64,000 bases of DNA, from assembly GCA_964016885.1 (NCBI GenBank), contig OZ024743.1, positions 62,558,001-62,622,000 on the forward strand, in the 5' to 3' direction. This stretch comes from Eledone cirrhosa. Taxonomy: Eukaryota. Position 1 is the first letter of the stretch. The number at the start of each line of letters is the position of its first letter. This document shows positions 62,201-64,000 of this stretch, piece after piece. The notes under the pieces were generated by a model. The model made no database searches. It was given only the letters and a program-made list of their open reading frames with translations, and was not told the DNA's origin. Position numbers and translations under genes: made by a program.

Positions 62201-64000
62201 TACAATAGGATTAGAATACCGCATGGTAAATATCCAAGTTAATAAGTTAATACTACATCAGTAAAATTAATAATAACGTCATGAAAAACTACTAAGAGAA
62301 ACCCTCGAAAATTTATTGCTAATACAGCAGGGAAAATTTAACGCTAATACAGCAGGGAACATCATAATATTAACGACAATATGTAGGCTAAAATACCTTC
62401 GTAGATTAGATGGATGGCTGGAAAAATTGGAATCAGCTCTAGTGATACATTTTAGCAGAGAAGAATGGGAAAGTGTCTTATCTCTTCAATATTTTCAGAT
62501 TGAATGAATTAGGTTAAAGACGGGGTAGTAGCCTTAAAGAAGTGCATAGAGAGGGGGGGTAGGAACTGAGGGTCGCATGGTAAATAACTGAGAGAGATAC
62601 AATAGGATTAGAATACCGCATGGTAATATCCAAGTTAATACTACATCAGTAAAATTAACAATAATAACGTCATGAAAAACTACTAAGAGAAACCCTCGAA
62701 AATTTATTGCTAATACAGCAGGGAAAATTTAACGCTAATACAGCAGGGAAAATCATAATATTAACGACAATATGTAGGCTAAAATACCTTCGTAGATTAG
62801 ATGGATGGCTGGAAAAATTGGAATCAGCTCTAGTGATACACTTTAGCAGAGAAGAATGGGAAAGTGTCTTATCTCTTCAATATTTTCAGATTGAATGAAT
62901 TAGGTTAAAGACAGGGTAGTAGCCTTAAAGAAGTGCATAGAGAGGGGGGGTAGGAACTGAGGGTCGCATGGTAAATAACTGAGAGAGATACAATAGGATT
63001 AGAATACCGCATGGTAAATATCCAAGTTAATAAGTTAATACTACATCAGTAAAATTAACAATAATAACGTCATGAAAAACTACTAAGAGAAACCCTCGAA
63101 AATTTATCGCTAATACAGCAGGGAAAATTTAACGCTAATACAGCAGGGAACATCATAATATTAACGACAATATGTAGGCTAAAATACCTTCGTAGATTAG
63201 ATGGATGGCTGGAAAAATTGGAATCAGCTCTAGTGATACATTTTAGCAGAGAAGAATGGGAAAGTGTCTTATCTCTTCAATATTTTCAGATTGAATGAAT
63301 TAGGTTAAAGACAGGGGAGTAGCCTTAAAGAAGTGCATAGAGAGGGTGGGGGTAGGAACTGAGGGTCGCATGGTAAATAACTGAGAGAGATACAATAGGA
63401 TTAGAATACCGCATGGTAAATATCCAAGTTAATACTACATCAGTAAAATTAACAATAATAACGTCATGAAAAACTACTAAGAGAAACCCTCGAAAATTTA
63501 TTGCTAATACAGCAGGGAAAATTTAACGCTAATACAGCAGGGAACATCATAATATTAACGACAATATGTAGGCTAAAATACCTTCGTAGATTAGATGGAT
63601 GGCTGGAAAAATTGGAATCAGCTCTAGTGATACATTTTAGCAGAGAAGAATGGGAAAGTGTCTTATCTCTTCAATATTTTCAGATTGAATGAATTAGGTT
63701 AAAGACAGGGTAGTAGCCTTAAAGAAGTGCATAGAGAGGGGGGGGTAGGAACTGAGGGTCGCATGGTAAATAACTGAGAGAGATACAATAGGATTAGAAT
63801 ACCGCATGGTAAATATCCAAGTTAATAAGTTAATACTACATCAGTAAAATTAATAATAACGTCATGAAAAACTACTAAGAGAAACCCTCGAAAATTTATT
63901 GCTAATACAGCAGGGAAAATTTAACGCTAATACAGCAGGGAACATCATAATATTAACGACAATATGTAGGCTAAAATACCTTCGTAGATTAGATGGATGG
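56281..64000. repeat. ~395-bp tandem repeat array, ~20 units, continues beyond the right edge
   Basis: TAGGAACTGAGGGTCGC recurs at 56281, 56629, 57031, 57423 ... 63746; units are nearly identical. Confidence 0.98.

Noticed and set aside
56386-63692. Repeated 63-aa ORF as a tandem gene family
   Set aside because: TTG start is lost in several units and one unit has an early stop; no known motif; recurrence simply reflects array homogeneity.

Overview
Repeat-dense eukaryotic genomic DNA. The SINE/LINE repertoire and (TA)n richness suggest an octopod cephalopod (recognition, not proven). No host gene is confidently present. Layout: (1) 1-23465, a 42-bp GTA/GTT-triplet satellite with kb-scale internal duplications; it generates the spurious poly-Val/poly-Thr ORFs. 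(2) 23.5-38.5 kb, tRNA-derived SINEs, MITE-like elements, a decayed CRE-clade retrotransposon split by a non-coding LTR element (tRNA-Trp PBS, AGGG TSD), and a patch of fold-back repeats carrying hammerhead-ribozyme motifs. (3) 38.5-56.3 kb, at least five LINE families (RTE and CR1/L2-group), each bounded by (TA)n; these include an intact RTE and a near-intact two-ORF LINE with a CCCH-finger ORF1 and a U_UUU_UUA slippery site. (4) 56.3-64 kb, a ~395-bp tandem array fused directly to the 5' UTR of the intact RTE. All calls were made by eye; boundaries of decayed elements are approximate.
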